The position numbers were made by a program, and so were the translations under genes. The notes under the pieces are model-generated. The model was not told the DNA's origin. It did no database searches and saw only the letters and a list, made by a program, of their open reading frames with translations. From contig CM114271.1 of NCBI GenBank assembly GCA_050084515.1, positions 41,354,001-41,418,000 of the forward strand: a stretch of 64,000 nucleotides of DNA, read 5' to 3'. Below, one piece after another: positions 24,901 through 38,620 of the stretch. The first letter of the stretch is position 1, and each line of letters starts with the position of its first letter. The stretch is from Blasia pusilla. Taxonomy: Eukaryota.

Positions 24901-26460
24901 ATAGGAATGCGAGTGTAGAGTCTAGGACGAGGAAGACCTGGATGGAAAGAGCGAAGGAGATCAATTTGGCTTAACCAAGTCCAAGTAGTTGTTGTGGGGA
25001 GTGCAGTAGGATGTGGTATTGGGTTAGGGATTGAAGGCCCATGCATGGATCGACAGTACCGCTGATGTCTTTTGATTCCATTAGGAGCAAACTCCTTACC
25101 ACAAGGTATGCAACGAACCTTTGGTACAAATGGAGAAGTAGAAGGGTAAGAAGGAGAGGAGGTGGGAGGTGCAAGAGGTGGTGATGGCCGACGATGAGGG
25201 GGTAAGTAGGTTGGGGAAGGAGGAGGAGGAAGAGGGGAGATTCGGGTAGAATAGATGGGAGTTGGAAGCAAGGGCATAGATGAGATATGTGGGGATGGCA
25301 AAGTAGAAGGATTCGGTAATAATGGATCAAGATTAGGCTCAATAGGACAAGGCAAAGAAGGGAGAAGAGGAGAATCCGGAAGAAAATTAGCGAGTGTAAT
25401 GGGTGTATTAGCATCTGGAGGAAAATGGCGAGATCTACGATGAGGAGGTGAACCAGGGGGAGAGGTTACGGCTGTAGGAGGGCGTGTAAAACCAGATAAG
25501 CGAGTAGATGGAGAATCCAAATCCATCTCTGATGACATAGAAATAAAGGTAGACAAGTCTTCGGAGACAAGAAAAGACATATGAAACGTGGTTTGGAGAA
25601 AGCATGAGGATAACGAGCAAAGCAAAAGTAGTGAAATCCGTCCAAAAGAAATTTCGATGGAGAGATGAAGATTAGGCAATACCGAATTTATGATTGAAAG
25701 TTACTATAAGAAAAATATAAAAAACAATTGAAAAGGAAAAGTGATGTATATGACATCGGAAGAGATGGCTCAAGAATATGAATTTCTAATGTCCTTAAGG
25801 AAATGGCAAACGTATGTAGGGGCGAAACAGTAAGGTAAGGAGTTGAAAGAGCAAGTAAGACTTTTGGGAGGAATTGACCTAAAACAAACCCGTACACAAA
25901 AATAGGCGCCTACAGAGAAGGAAGAAAAACTAGAAAAATTACTTGATATCAAAAGAACGAGCTCATCAAGACGATTGAAACAGGCCCAAACACGTCCAAA
26001 ACCGACATTCCAGAAGAAAGTTATGAAAGAAATTAGAAACACCAAAAAAGAGGATGTGAGGAGTAAGTGAGCCACCCACCAATGACCGCTATGAGGGAAT
26101 GAGTTCGTAATGTTGGGCCCAGCCCGTATCAAAAGATCCAAAAAAAGCAAGAGGAATCCCTTAAACCAATGGTAACCTGATATCACTCTAAAAGGAGAGC
26201 GCTATGTTTGAAATTGCATGTAGGAATCTATGAGCACATTTAGGAGAGAAGGAGGTCCAAAGATCCCAAGAACTTTGGAAAACTCAATCTTAAGTGGAAA
26301 AAAGAAGAACCCCAAGTTCAAACTTGAGAAGATGAACACATTGGGCCTCAGATTGAAAAGATTGGATCACCATGGAAATAGTTAGAAGCAAAATTCAAGA
26401 CGTCCCTCCATCTCCTCCGCCATAGTCCTCCTCCTCCATATCTCCTCCCAAACCCCCCAA
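21930..26460 (-). mobile_element. Near full-length CRE-clade non-LTR retrotransposon (Zn finger, RT, CCHC, restriction-like endonuclease), inactivated; ends approximate
   Basis: CIPCGKEF...HQRYC finger; RT motifs RPLAIGE, QFGV, DVANAFN, QGDPMG and IADD; CVCGDPIDAKGIHILRC; RLE RVDLV...GDVVIADP...KELSY...FIPFAI. One in-frame TGA at 23220-23222 separates the 819-aa and 302-aa ORFs, and there is a frameshift near 22330. Confidence 0.85.
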
Positions 26461-27923
26461 ATAAATTGGCTCCAACTCCCTTATGCTTTATGTTCCACAT
26501 TCGACCAAATTGCATTTTTCTTTGGATGAGAAGAAGTAACGTAACAAGAATGCGGCCCTGAACTGTTATTTTGTATGGGCAGTATAGTTAACGGACATTG
26601 TATAGTAATTGTTTGGTAGAGTATACATATAGCAGTAGTTAAATAATTTGATAATTTACACCGGAAACAGGTGGAATGGTAAAGTTCACAAGCCGATTGC
26701 CTAAATCAAGTAGTGCATAGTTTGAGTAATGTGTTTAACTTCATAGAGAATGAAAGTAAGTACAAAGGAAATTAGTTATGTTAAATAGTAAAAAAAATTC
26801 ATAGTTAGTCAATTAGGGTAGCCAACTTAAGTGGGAATAGTTTTAATGGAAGTGGTTGACTGTTATTGTTGATGTGGCTACAAGAGACGATTATCCTAAG
26901 AAACACACAAAATGAGCATGCTGATACCGGCACGAACGCCACGACATGACTGAGAAAGAACGAGCCACATTTCATGAATATATGAAATGTGTAAGAGACA
27001 ATTTTCTGTAATGTTTTTTGGCCGATATTTTTATGTAGACTATCGACTCATTTCCGTTGGTGCTGGATGTTTAAGAGGTTGCTATGTAGGTTTCCTAGGG
27101 CACATAAGTGTCTTACAATTTCTTATGGCAGCTTGGAGGTGGAGTCTAAGGGTGGCAATTTTCTTATCCTTATCCTCACAACAAGTTTGTCACTTTTGAT
27201 GGATTGTGCCGACAGAACCGGGATATGGTTTGTGAGAAAGAGAGCTAGCTGACTGCCTATGTCAGTTATCAAAACAAAGAAGGCTTACTTTGGATGTGCC
27301 GAAGGGTTGAATAACTAGCAACATATATAGGAAAGGACAAGGAGGTAGTGAACGGCAGTGGAGAGCTGAATTGTAGTGTTAATACAGTGAACAGATTAAT
27401 GTGCCATAGATTCATGAGTAAAATCAAAACTAACAAATAGCATGGAGTAAGTTAACTGACTGAGCTAGGTAAAGAATTGCATGTCATACAAGTTGTGAGA
27501 TTCATGGTGATAGTGATCAAGTTTTTAAAAAAAACACTCAATAGAAAATAGGCCATGTGTGTGTTACTAGCTGAATTAGGGGCAATTGGAATAAATGTGC
27601 ACTGTGAAAATATAATGATGGCATGATGTTACAGTGAAATCACTGAATAAAAGAGCAAACATTTTTTAAGATTGTTGAAATGCCATTATTGCAGCAAATG
27701 CAAAACCGATTTAAACATGTGGTCTGAGAAATGCCACAGTAGCCAATACACAAAATTGGAAACCTCCTCACACAAAGGACCCACAATGCATACCAAAATA
27801 GCCGGTGGGTAATAGCTGAACATGTTGTACTACAGATCACTAAAGTTGCCTAACTTGTCAAGTGCTTGTTCTGAAATAGCAACATTGTAGCAAGCAACTC
27901 AAGTGCTTATAGTTCATGGACAC

Positions 27924-28360
27924 CTACACTATATGACAGAGGGACTGCAGGAACATAAGGTGCTGCTCCAAGTCCTTGTCGTTCAAGTACCTGTTGGCAC
28001 AATACTTAATGACATTGTGCAGCTCAGTCTTGATATCATACAGCTGTTGCTGCATGATTAGAATATTTGCTATATTTTGTCCTTGATCTGTGTCTGTGTA
28101 CTGCATACCCTGATGCAGTGTCTTGTTTTGTTATTCATAGTTCCGGAGTTGTGCCTAAAAGTTTTCAATATTTGCTAGAGCTGCATTAAAGAGCGACGTG
28201 GATATCCTGGTCGTGGTCGCAACTTCAACTTGATCAGCATTGGAGATATGCTTGCCCTTGTCGTCCTTGTTGGAATACGTGGGGTGATGAGCAGGCTTGC
28301 AAGCCGACTTTGTTGGAGTTCTGTAATCAGGGCTAGTAGAGTGTGGTGGGTACCTGATCT
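27924..28360 (-). pseudogene. Degenerate ORF of unknown identity (two in-frame stops, coiled-coil-like C-terminal half), probably TE cargo
   Basis: ORFs 28155-28445 and 27924-28106 are in the same frame, joined by *AQLRNYE*QNKTLHQG. Confidence 0.4.
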
Positions 28361-29241
28361 TGTGTATGCAGCAATACAATAGCAAGTAAGTGGATGTAGA
28401 AAATTCAAGTGTATGAAATATAATGAATCTCAAGATGTGTCCCAATAAAATTATAGAACACTTTTTACCTGCTGTGCGGGTATTATGTATTAGGACTATT
28501 TAATTTCTTTTGTAGCATAGTATAATGTCTCTTTGAGCTATAATAGACTAATCAATTCTCCCCCACGGGAAATAAAGAAGTCCGAGTAGGGTAGAAATGG
28601 TCGTGGAGTCCACATGAGTGGATTTAATATGATTCGGGAGAGGGCAAAAATCTCTTTTGGACGTCCCGAAAAAAATTCGTTTGGAGGGAGAAACGAGACA
28701 CCAAGATAGGTGCCGTAACCCGTGCATCCGTGTCCTCCGAACCTCGCAGTAGCCCAGATTTGAGTGGTCCTAATGCTCGACGGCCACCACATCCATTCTA
28801 GGTGCATTCAACTATGTATCCAATTTTTAATATCTATTGTATTAGCATAGTGTCTTTGTACCCAAAATTTTCTTAACACCCATCGGATTAGTATAGTTCT
28901 AAATTTCTACACAAAACCATCGCATTAGTAGATGCATTCAACTTTGTTTCAACACCCATCGTATTAGTACAATATTGAAATATGTCTCATTAACACTAAT
29001 TTAGTGTCTCCCCATTTGTCAAAGTATAAATCGTTTAGCGGAGACATATATTCTATTAGCAAATCCGTGTTGGATGGAGCCTCCCGCTTTGGATTGAAGA
29101 TTGCTATACTCTCCAATGCTCGCTTTGGATTGAAATTGGGTGCTAACCCCCAATTCTTGTACACTTTTTTGCGAACTTTTGTATATTATGGGTTTATTTT
29201 TTATGGTTACCTTTTCGCATTAGTATTGTTATTTTATATTA

Positions 29242-29268
29242 CCCCACCTTTTGGGGCCTCCACACTAG
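29242..29268 (+). mobile_element. Helitron-like 3' terminus; 5' end not located
   Basis: Short hairpin CCCCACCTTTTGGGG, 8 nt, then CTAG followed by T, in an AT-rich context. Confidence 0.45.
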
Positions 29269-31495
29269 TTATAATAACAAGTGATAGATTTTAATTAATT
29301 TTCAAAATTAATTTTTAAAAATTTCAAATACCATTTTAAAATGATTTTAAATGATGCTATTGACTTAAAAAGTAGTAATATCTTAAAAATAACAATTATC
29401 ATTTTTTTTTAAAAATGCCCTCCAAGAATATTATAATAAAATATTTGATTTAGATGCTGGTTTGCATCTTCAACTTCATACGGTGATGACCCTAGGCCAC
29501 GTCTCCCTCACTCCGATTACCTCACTCCTTTCGTAGTTTACGTGTGTGGTTCTCGGTGCATCTGTCTGATCCGCTGGAACTTCGTTCTCTATCTTCCATC
29601 ATTGGACAGATGGATGCGCGAGAATACGCATCCTCGTGCCACGGGTACCATGCTTACCGTCCAATCCCCGGTTCTTGATGAGCGGATGGGAACGTCCAGG
29701 TCTTCTGTTGGGGGCCCCGCTCTTGTTGCATCTCATGAAGCAATGCAGTCTGAATTGTCTATCGGGTGATTAGAGAGGTTGGGGCTTTGTATCTTATCTT
29801 CAATTCTTCACATCACAGGGCTCTCCAACTCCAGTTTCCCTGTGGTTTCCGCCGGAGAGGACTGACGACACGTACTGTCTTTTTCTTCTTCCCACCCCAC
29901 GGAAGCGTGGAAACAACTTTCCCCACAGCTTCCCAAGACGGAAAGCAGGTGCGATGAGGAGAGTTTGGGGTACCCATGATCAGGAGAGAGAACTCTAGAG
30001 TGCGTCAGGGTCAGAAAGGTTGCGAAGTCCAGGGTCTGCTTCGAGCACTTCACCTAAGCCTTCACAAATGCTCCCACGGGTTTCCATGGACGGGAAATCC
30101 TATCATACATTGATATTTGCTTGCTCGAAAGAAGGGTGACACCACAGACAGGGGCATTAAGAAATTTCTCGCGAAGAAATGATTTAAAATTGTGAGATAT
30201 CGGCAAACGACCAAATGGTATCCATAAGTCCATCCATGGTCTGGGACAGATGGGCGTGTACAAACCAATTAGTCTCGGAAGCCATATGGAAAGAACGAAT
30301 TCTAGACAGCTCTCATGGATTCACACCGGGTAGATGTCACTCTGCCCTGCGTTTTAACTATTTGATGAACTGTCCATCGGTATCATACTATTGTACAAAA
30401 TTGATAAACTATCAATGGGTGTCAGAGTGTCAATCGGTCATACTAGCGCACAAACTTCATCAACCGTCGATCGGTGTCAGAGAGTACAGCCAGAGCACGG
30501 GCTATACACTCCTGGATGATACTCTTGAGTTTGTTTTAAATAGAAAAAGAGCTTTTGGTGCCCTTGTCAAGGAAAACTTCATTATCATATGGAAATTGCA
30601 TACAAATTGAAAAGCAAACCAAGTTCAAAAATATTGAGAGGCTTCGAGTAATTTTGGTTACAGCCTTGAATGTGATGAAATCCTTCTACAAACATTGTCA
30701 AACCTAGATATGCCTGCTGATACTATTTTTGAATTTTGGTGTTGGTTCATGCTGGAGACCCAAACCTCAATCCGATTCTTCTCCTGAAATTCGAGCATTG
30801 CGTGAATTGTGGGACTTTGGAAATCCACACATCTCCGACCCATCGGATCACGTGTACTTCAACCAGGTAAGAAGCCACTTACAAAGAGAGGACCTCACGT
30901 CTAGTTTTGGCTCCCCACCCTGAGTACTACGATTGAATGTTTCAATTCTCCACCAAAATCATCGACCAGGCTTTGAATCATTGCAATACTCAGACGCTTA
31001 GGTTTGAGAAGCTGGGAAACTCGGGAACGATGACCGGGGACTAATCGTAGCCTGTTAAAATCAGAAATATCCGTTTCGTATAAAACTCGGGTTTAATGAA
31101 AATTTAATGAGAAAAGCATGATTTGGGAGATCCGGAATTAATGGTAGCCGGTTAAAATCAGATATCTCCGATAGGGGAAAAACTGGCAGGGAATGTGGGG
31201 TCTCTGAACTACCGGCAATGTACCAATTCCCGAGTAGAAACTACACGGGCCTTACTCGGATTTGATTCCATGAGCGTCCAAAACTTTTGGGCATAGAATT
31301 GGTCAGCGTCCTCATGACCCCATTTGACGGAAATCTGTAAGTAAGTAGTTGAGACCTGTATTTTTTCCTCATGAACCCATTGGATAACCTTTCTGGACCC
31401 AAAAAATGGGTTGCCCATAGAACCGATCCCTTAGGGCCTTAACCCATCCACTCCTCCATCTACGACCTTACAGGGTCGCCAATTTTTCTGCGCTA

Positions 31496-31538
31496 GGACG
31501 GTGGATCATTTCATTATTTCAGAAATGATCCACCGTCC
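31496..31538. repeat. Perfect 17-bp inverted repeat with 9-nt loop
   Basis: GGACGGTGGATCATTTC-attatttca-GAAATGATCCACCGTCC. Confidence 0.9.
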
Positions 31539-32811
31539 GTCCTCGTGACCTCGGCCTGATTTTAAGCGGAAACACTTATTAAAGACCAATGAATTTTGCT
31601 CTACTGTTCAGTGGGAACTTGCTTTGGTTGTCGTGACCCAAAGCGCATCCATGGGATAAAGCCCTAAGAGCAGGTCCCCATGGAGCAATGTACGATCAAC
31701 GGGTATCCTTCCAATGTACGATCAACGGGTATCATTTCACATACCACAGGTGGGTTTTTGGTCCTTGTGCTCTGTGAAATTTGCAACGCAGAAATCTCAG
31801 GGACAATCTTTGGGAAATAAAAGGACTATAGCCGCTCGTTAGTTTTAGCCCCATCACAACCAAGCGTCGAAAACTTGTAGAGCACGCCTGCGACACCCGG
31901 AGAAACTGGTTATGTCGTCGGACAAACCTATAGGACCATCAGCCTAGGCCCACTGGGAACTTCTGCCGCAGACTCCATGAGAACGGGCTATCAGACTAGA
32001 CGCACTGTTGACCTTGCACGCTCTTACCATGATTGGCGAGTGTATGCATGTGCGACGTATGCCTCGTGTGTGAGGCTGCTGCAACGGATACTGGGCCTCT
32101 GCATCCTTCACCATTCCTGCCCACAATGGTCGGATCAGTTCTCTGCTGAGTCCAGCCGGCACCTGCGATGGTACCACACGGCCCCAGGATGACAGAACGG
32201 GTAACAGGCTTCCACTTTTTGTACGCCGTTGGTTATCCGTCTTATAGTTCCAATGGGTCCTCAAATCTTTTATTCATACTTTTTATTATGTCCTCTGTTT
32301 CTTATTAATATCAAAACTGTTTAATCTGCCCTCTCACCAGCAAGCACCCGCTCAACTTTCTTATCATTTGCAACCACTTGCACCACCCAATCAGAGGAAC
32401 CTACAAAAATGGAGTGCATCAGTCTGTCCTTGTGATAGCTGACGGAAATCCAGACCTACGAGTTCGTATCTCGGAATGGTATTATACCCGGCTTTGAGAA
32501 ATAAGATCATCCTTCGGCAGAGAAAGAATGATTTGCTATGAGCTTTACATCACTCAGGGAAAAGTTCCCAACAGAATCTCTTAGATTTACAGGTATCTCT
32601 GCTGTGAGCAATTGCACCAATAAGCAAAGATAGCAATAGGCCTCCATGATGAAAAAATTCTCAACCTGCTTTTTCATGTAATGTTACTAAACTCTTGTGG
32701 TCCTAAAAGTATCACCATTATCTCCTGACCCATGGAGCTTCTACACGACTCAAACTTCCCCATGTTCGAAAACTAATTCTATCCAAATTCCTTGAACAGG
32801 TTCATACAGCC

Positions 32812-35387
32812 TCACTTAGCAATGACGTTGATTTTGACTGGAGCAATGACTTCAGGGTGAAGTTTGATCTCCACCGTATACTGTCCAATCTCTCGGATGT
32901 CTGGAATGGTAACAACTCTCTTGTCCACATCCCTACACAACCACCACAACCAGAAGTTACTTCAAAGTCTGTGAACCAGCACTCTGCAGACATATTCCGG
33001 TATAGTGAAATAAACAAAGTCCTTCCATCTTGCTTGAGAAGAGAAGCTTAATAATGTGTGGAGTGTCCTATATTTATACTACCATTGAAGTTTCTATAAT
33101 CTTAAACCTGATGGTAGTTGGCAACTCGACATCAGTAAAAGGTCACATAATCTGACTGCTAAGCACAAACACCACGTACCTTCCAGTCTGTGACTTGATG
33201 ATGTCCACAATATCTTGGGAAGTAACTCTGCATGGAACCACTCACACATACAGTCTGATTACTCTACCACATAGGGTTCAAATAGGGGTTAGCATTGCAT
33301 TTCTACTAATTTCTTGGGCAGACACAACACTCAATGAATAATCTCAATGGAAACTGCAAGATACAAAACCAACTCCAACTTTTCTTCTTCTTTCATTGAC
33401 TCTACCCAAGAAGGCACATCTGAGGTCCTTTTGATCCCTGTCAGCAGTATATTTCTAGGGAAAAGGTGATTAGTTTACGTACGAGCCAAAGATCTGCTTG
33501 CCCTGACCACCTCTCCGCCTAACATTGAAAAAACCAACAGCTTGAAATTGTCTTGCGATTAACTCAGCCTCCTCCTTCACCTGTTTGCCAACTTAAAATT
33601 TCAGTCTTGAACATTCTCAAGAGTAGCCCGCTCATTCTAGAACATGTGTGAATCCATAACATTGGAATATCTTCATCGAATACAGTAGAACAGTAGAATA
33701 ACGTATGCCTTGCCATCAAGGATTTAATGCAGTAAATAGACCGACATACCAGAGCTTCTCCAATATTTTACCTTTCTTTTCTCAGCTGCTATCTTCTCCT
33801 CCTGCTGTTTGATAGATCTGCACATCGTCAAACACAGTGTGAGCTGTGGACGGGGCACAAGTTACTAACACGACTGAACCTTTCCTGCATGTTTTCATCC
33901 AATTTGACCGGGAAAATCATGTGGAATTCAAACCTTGACATCCTGAATGAATGAGAGTATGCATGCTCCATGACCAACATGGTATACTGATAGTAAGTAA
34001 ATTCAGTTTGAACCCTTCACATAGTGGTATCTTCCTCTTGCAGTCTACCAGTTAACATCCCCTGACCGGAAATTATCATCATCATCAACTTACTTGAGCA
34101 GCTCTGCAGTGGCAATTTTTGCCTTTCCGTACGGATACAAGAAGTTCCGGAAATATCCCGTCTTAACTGATAAAAGCTCACCAGTCTTTCCCAATGCCGG
34201 AACATCTTCCGTCAAGACAATCTGTGGAAGAGAAAGTGACATCGACTATTATCGTGACATCTTGGTGTGTTTGAAATTCAGGTGACGTTAAGGCTGTCCC
34301 AGCCGGAACAATTCCATGCGACATTCAGTTAAGAGTACTGATAAAACGAGCCACAAAGGAGTATTCTAAGGGATCTTCAACTGAATCTATCTATCAGCGG
34401 ACAGTCCAAACAGCGGAGCCCTTGGACCTTGTCAGAATCGTAAAGACATTGCTCTATCCAGAACTTGTTTGTATTGTCCCTTCACTTCAATGCTGTGCTG
34501 TGTCCTTAAGGAACCGGGGAGGGTGATAGGGCTTAGGTGAAATGAACGTGGTTAAGGTACGCAAGGAGGATTGAGAGAAAAGCTACGGATGCAGTTCATG
34601 TGTAGCTTGCACGTACTACAAAATCACTCCATAGGCTTAACGCAACGCAGACTATACCTGACGTCTCTTTTGAACCTTCTTATCGGCCCTGATCAACGGT
34701 CTTTGAACCCTCCGCTCTTCGAGTGTGGGTGCAACTTTCACCTGATCAAATCACGCAAGTTTGCCACGAAATAAGCTCCTCACATCCCAGAACGTCAGCA
34801 CACCATGCATCCATTCTACTCGTTGAAAAGCCCCGCCCTGACAAACTCAATCAAGGGCGTTTGGAGGCTCATGGTATGGGCACCATAGCATCCCAAGCAT
34901 AATAGGACGAGGGTGTCAATGCTGCAGAGGCCCTTTGCTCAAGAATTTCCTCGTCCTCATTGCGTTGAAGATTCCAATCCCCATCCTGCTAACAAGAATA
35001 ATGCCGTCTCCATCCGCCACAACAGAAAAAATCAAGCAGCGGATTCATTTCATAAAGCGAATGGCAATGCCCAGTAATCTTCTACTCAAATTCGCTTCAG
35101 TTTCAGTCTTTTCAGCTGTCCTTCTCGACAATCAACTCTACAACTCACTTATTTCATTCCGCCAAAAACAGCTCCTTGCCGCAACAATGCGACCTAAACC
35201 AGGATAAATTCCCAACACCAATCGAATATCGAGGTAAATCAAGCACGGCAAACAAAGCAATAGCATGAGGGTCTGCATAGCCACGTACGGTCGCCTGCTG
35301 CTGCACGCGAAGACCTTCGAACGACGGAAGGAGACGCAGCGATGAGGTCGGAAAGGAGGCAGCCATGGTTGCATTGCAGTTCGCCAT
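32812..35387 (-). CDS. RPL9: Plastid 50S ribosomal protein L9 precursor; exons 35387(or 35366)-35289, 34741-34658, 34221-34094, 33817-33772, 33580-33483, 33227-33180, 32932-32812; 200-207 aa
   Basis: Spliced product includes [34 protein letters not shown] (L9 N-domain), [17 protein letters not shown] and [17 protein letters not shown] (C-domain). All six introns are GT-AG with compatible phases. Confidence 0.95.
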
Positions 35388-35929
35388 CGCTGAACCCAAC
35401 TCTATTTCCCTTGCCCTTATCCGGACAAAACTCGCTCTCCGTCTCAACTTCAGCTCTACGAGTGCCCGCCCCCAACACTTCCGTGCATTCCTTATCCACA
35501 ACCGATTACCTTATTGCAAAGTAGATATGCGCCGATGTCTGGTGACTCTGGTCTCCCTGAATCTGTCTCAAACTCATGTACTAGTGTACAACCGCATTCA
35601 AAACAAGGACTAAGGTCACCTAAGTAAAACATGGTATACTGTAGCCGTGATATAATACCAACAAAGTTAGTATGATTATAAAATTCAATTCGGTATATTC
35701 TAAATTCTTGTTATTCATATATCATATGCTTATGTATATACATGTCCTATACATAGGGCATGTAGTTGCTCTTGTCCGACTGAATCTTCTATAAGAGTCA
35801 TTGATGTTAGTGCTCTCTAATCATATTATATGTGGTCATTCATTTTTTATTATTTACATATTAAGAATATGAATATCTTTCATATCAATAAATACATCAT
35901 GTACAAAATTCAAGTCTAGTCTCGAGCCT

Positions 35930-38620
35930 CATTTCCTTCATGAAGTCTTTCTAGGGGGCCCTTTTGGCTCTCTATTCCCACCATGGGCGATCACTAGCTA
36001 GAGGAGAAGGTGGTGGTTTTGGAGGTTGCCACCAACACTTTTCATGGTGATCCCTAGGTGGTGCTCTTTTTTCTATGTCTCAATATCAAATGGTTCTCTC
36101 TATCGTGGATTTAGTTTAGGGCTGCATTTTCCAATTACTGGCAGATGATATGTATACTGTTAGCTTTCGAGATCTTGTTGTTCTTGCACTCTAATTATTT
36201 ACTGCTTAGTTAGCATACGTTGGTCTAGCGGTGAAGGTGGGAAAGTGCAAGGCATAGTCTCCATCATGCCTACCCGATGATGTTCATTTACCCGACGGAT
36301 TCATGACACATGTTCAAGGTCTACACGTCTTGGGAGTCCCATTTAAGAGTTATGACTTTGTCTTGATTTTTGTGGCATCGGCGCTTATCGAGGATCTACT
36401 CCATATTGATGACCTCATGAGAATCGTGATCCTTAAATTACTTTTGACATTCTCTCCTCTTGTTTTTTCGGACAACCAAATTGTCGCACTAGAATTGTAC
36501 GGATGTCTAGTCACCTCTCTACCCTCTTTAGATCATTTAATAGGAAGATCCTACAAGTTTTGGGGATTTATTACAACCCGATTGCTTAGAGTTTCCTATG
36601 GGAGGAGCTAGCTCATCGACCAACTTCTTGGCAGATTGCCTTTGGCGGTGTAGATCTTCTCTCGACTCAATTAGTGCCCCCCTCGACTTTTTAAGGGAGT
36701 GTGGCCATCTGGAGCATCCCTTCTTTGCTCCAGATTCCTCAATTGTAAGGGATAGACCACTCCTCCTACACTACATATCCTAGGTTGATGACAGCTCCTT
36801 CCCACTATAGTCTTCCCTCAGAGCATGCATAGATTCCCTTCTACTTAAAACCAAAGTCGTTCTCCCCACTTTCTCCTCCTAAGTTACCTCTAGCCAATCT
36901 AAGCTCCAATCTTCTTTGATGGAAACCAACTTTGAGGCAAGTTTTAGAGGCACTCTATGTGATGGGGATATTTCCATGGAAGTTCAAGCCTATATTTGCT
37001 CTTGCTCCGGGAATAAGGTTGCACATAAACTAACTTGTTTGTCCATGGGATGGACATTCCCAAGGGGTCCCTTGCCCAAGTTTCTTTGGTACCATGAGCG
37101 CATGTGTAGGCTTTGGACGCAAGAACAAGTGCAGGAAGGGATTGAACGGGTGTGCATCCACAAACCCTTGCTAGGCCCAGATGAAGCCCATGCATGGCCC
37201 AGATTGAGTGCCCAGGCCTTGGATTTGCCCTCTACGGGCTCTGGGGCGTGTCATGTGCCTACTCTCCTTGAACGTAATCTTGTTTGTTGCGGAAGCGTGC
37301 GTTCAATACGTCACGCTCTCAACGCTGATCTGCATCCAAACAGGCACTTTGGTTAGTCGGGTCTTGGATCAATCAGAAGGCTAACTTTCCGAGTTCTCAT
37401 CTCAGACTCTCATCAAGCTCAACCTTCCTAGTTTCGCGGTTTACAACACGGGCAAGTCTCGAAAGACTTCAGACAGACTTTCTGGTCGGTTCAGGAACCT
37501 GAAACGGCGTTTCGCACCTGGCGGTTCCAACTGTACGATGGACATCCAATGAGTTCCTCACCAAGACTCGTACTAAGTGAATCTGGGGTTGGAATCCAAG
37601 TGTGGCGTACAAAGTCCACTCCCTTGGATCAGGTTTGGGCTTCGAGTTCCAATGCCAAACTCCCGTTCCATCCCGTGCCTCTGAAACGTCGTCTGGCGCC
37701 CAAAGCGGGATTCGTGTTCCGAGACATCTCGGAGAGACTCCTCCCTTACTAGTACTTCTGGGAATCTCTGGGGGGCCCCTACATTTAGGGAAAGACACCC
37801 GGGCCTCTCCAACTGGCCCTCAACCCAATTGCTCTCACATTCGTTTTCGGCCAATATCTCAGCCTGTACTTATGCGTTTGCTGAGATCTTTGGTGCGTTG
37901 GAAGCGTCTCAAGATAAGATTTCCAACACGCCCTTACTTGTCCCAAACTCATCTTGGATCTCAACGTTATGGTCATAAACACGGTCAGATTCTCCCAAAC
38001 GCTAGTAGTGTTCCAAATTGGTTCTCACCTCTTTGGCAACCAACCTCCCAAGACTCAACTCATCTCAAGTCTTTGCTTGCGTTTGATCTAGGTTTCCTGG
38101 TCGTGACCACTAACACATGAAACGCACAACTCTGTTCCGCGTTTCGTCTCTTCGACTTTTTCAAGATACCTTTCCAAACGCCTCTCCAAAGCGCAAACCT
38201 CGCAGCGTGAGTTCACTTGAGTTCTGATGTTTCGCTTGGCACCTATTTGGTGTTGTTTGGTTATGAGGGTCACGACACTTGGGTCCTTGTGTGAAACCTG
38301 GAGCCTGCATTGTACGGACCTACCATGGGCTTAGTGCTAGTCTTCACAGGCTTGTTGTGGGCTACAAAACGGTGGTGGCAAGAACAAGTGACGGAGCGCT
38401 AGATTGGGTGCGAGCTAGTCAAGCCTGGGTCTACGTTGTGGGCTCGAAACCTTGGGCCCGCATGGACATAAGCCCACAAACATGAACTTTGTTCGTGTGC
38501 AACCTTGTCTAGAAAGGGGTAGTTCATAGATGGAGGTTTACCTGCTCATCTCACCTTTCTATATCGCACCACTTACCTACACCACAACAATGTGGTTCCG
38601 ATTGGGCTTCACCATTGATG
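35930..38620 (+). mobile_element. Heavily decayed CRE-clade RT fragment interrupted by a nested insertion at ~37043-38520
   Basis: HGDP-LGGALF, ADD and GLHVLGVPF are collinear with the 22-26 kb element; weak CRE-like sequence appears to resume at ~38520. Confidence 0.65.
37043..38520. mobile_element. Non-autonomous element (family shared with 58351-58912) containing a ~1-kb possible solo LTR at 37249-38277
   Basis: Left end CCATGGGATGGACAT.CCCAA.GGGTCCC and right part ACAAACATGAAC...GTGTGCAACCTTG are shared with the 58.4-58.9 kb element. The inner segment is bounded by TGTCATG...CACGACA without a clear TSD. Confidence 0.45.

Noticed and set aside
29480-30060. Possible gene with G-box-like motif and short ORFs
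   Set aside because: Frames are interrupted and no consistent exon chain or domain was found.
31944-32264. GC-richer ORFs downstream of RPL9
   Set aside because: No recognisable domain in the frames examined and no splice support.
35154-35501. Second OHP2 paralog on the minus strand
   Set aside because: Only the transit-peptide part resembles OHP2; the downstream exons splice into ribosomal protein L9.
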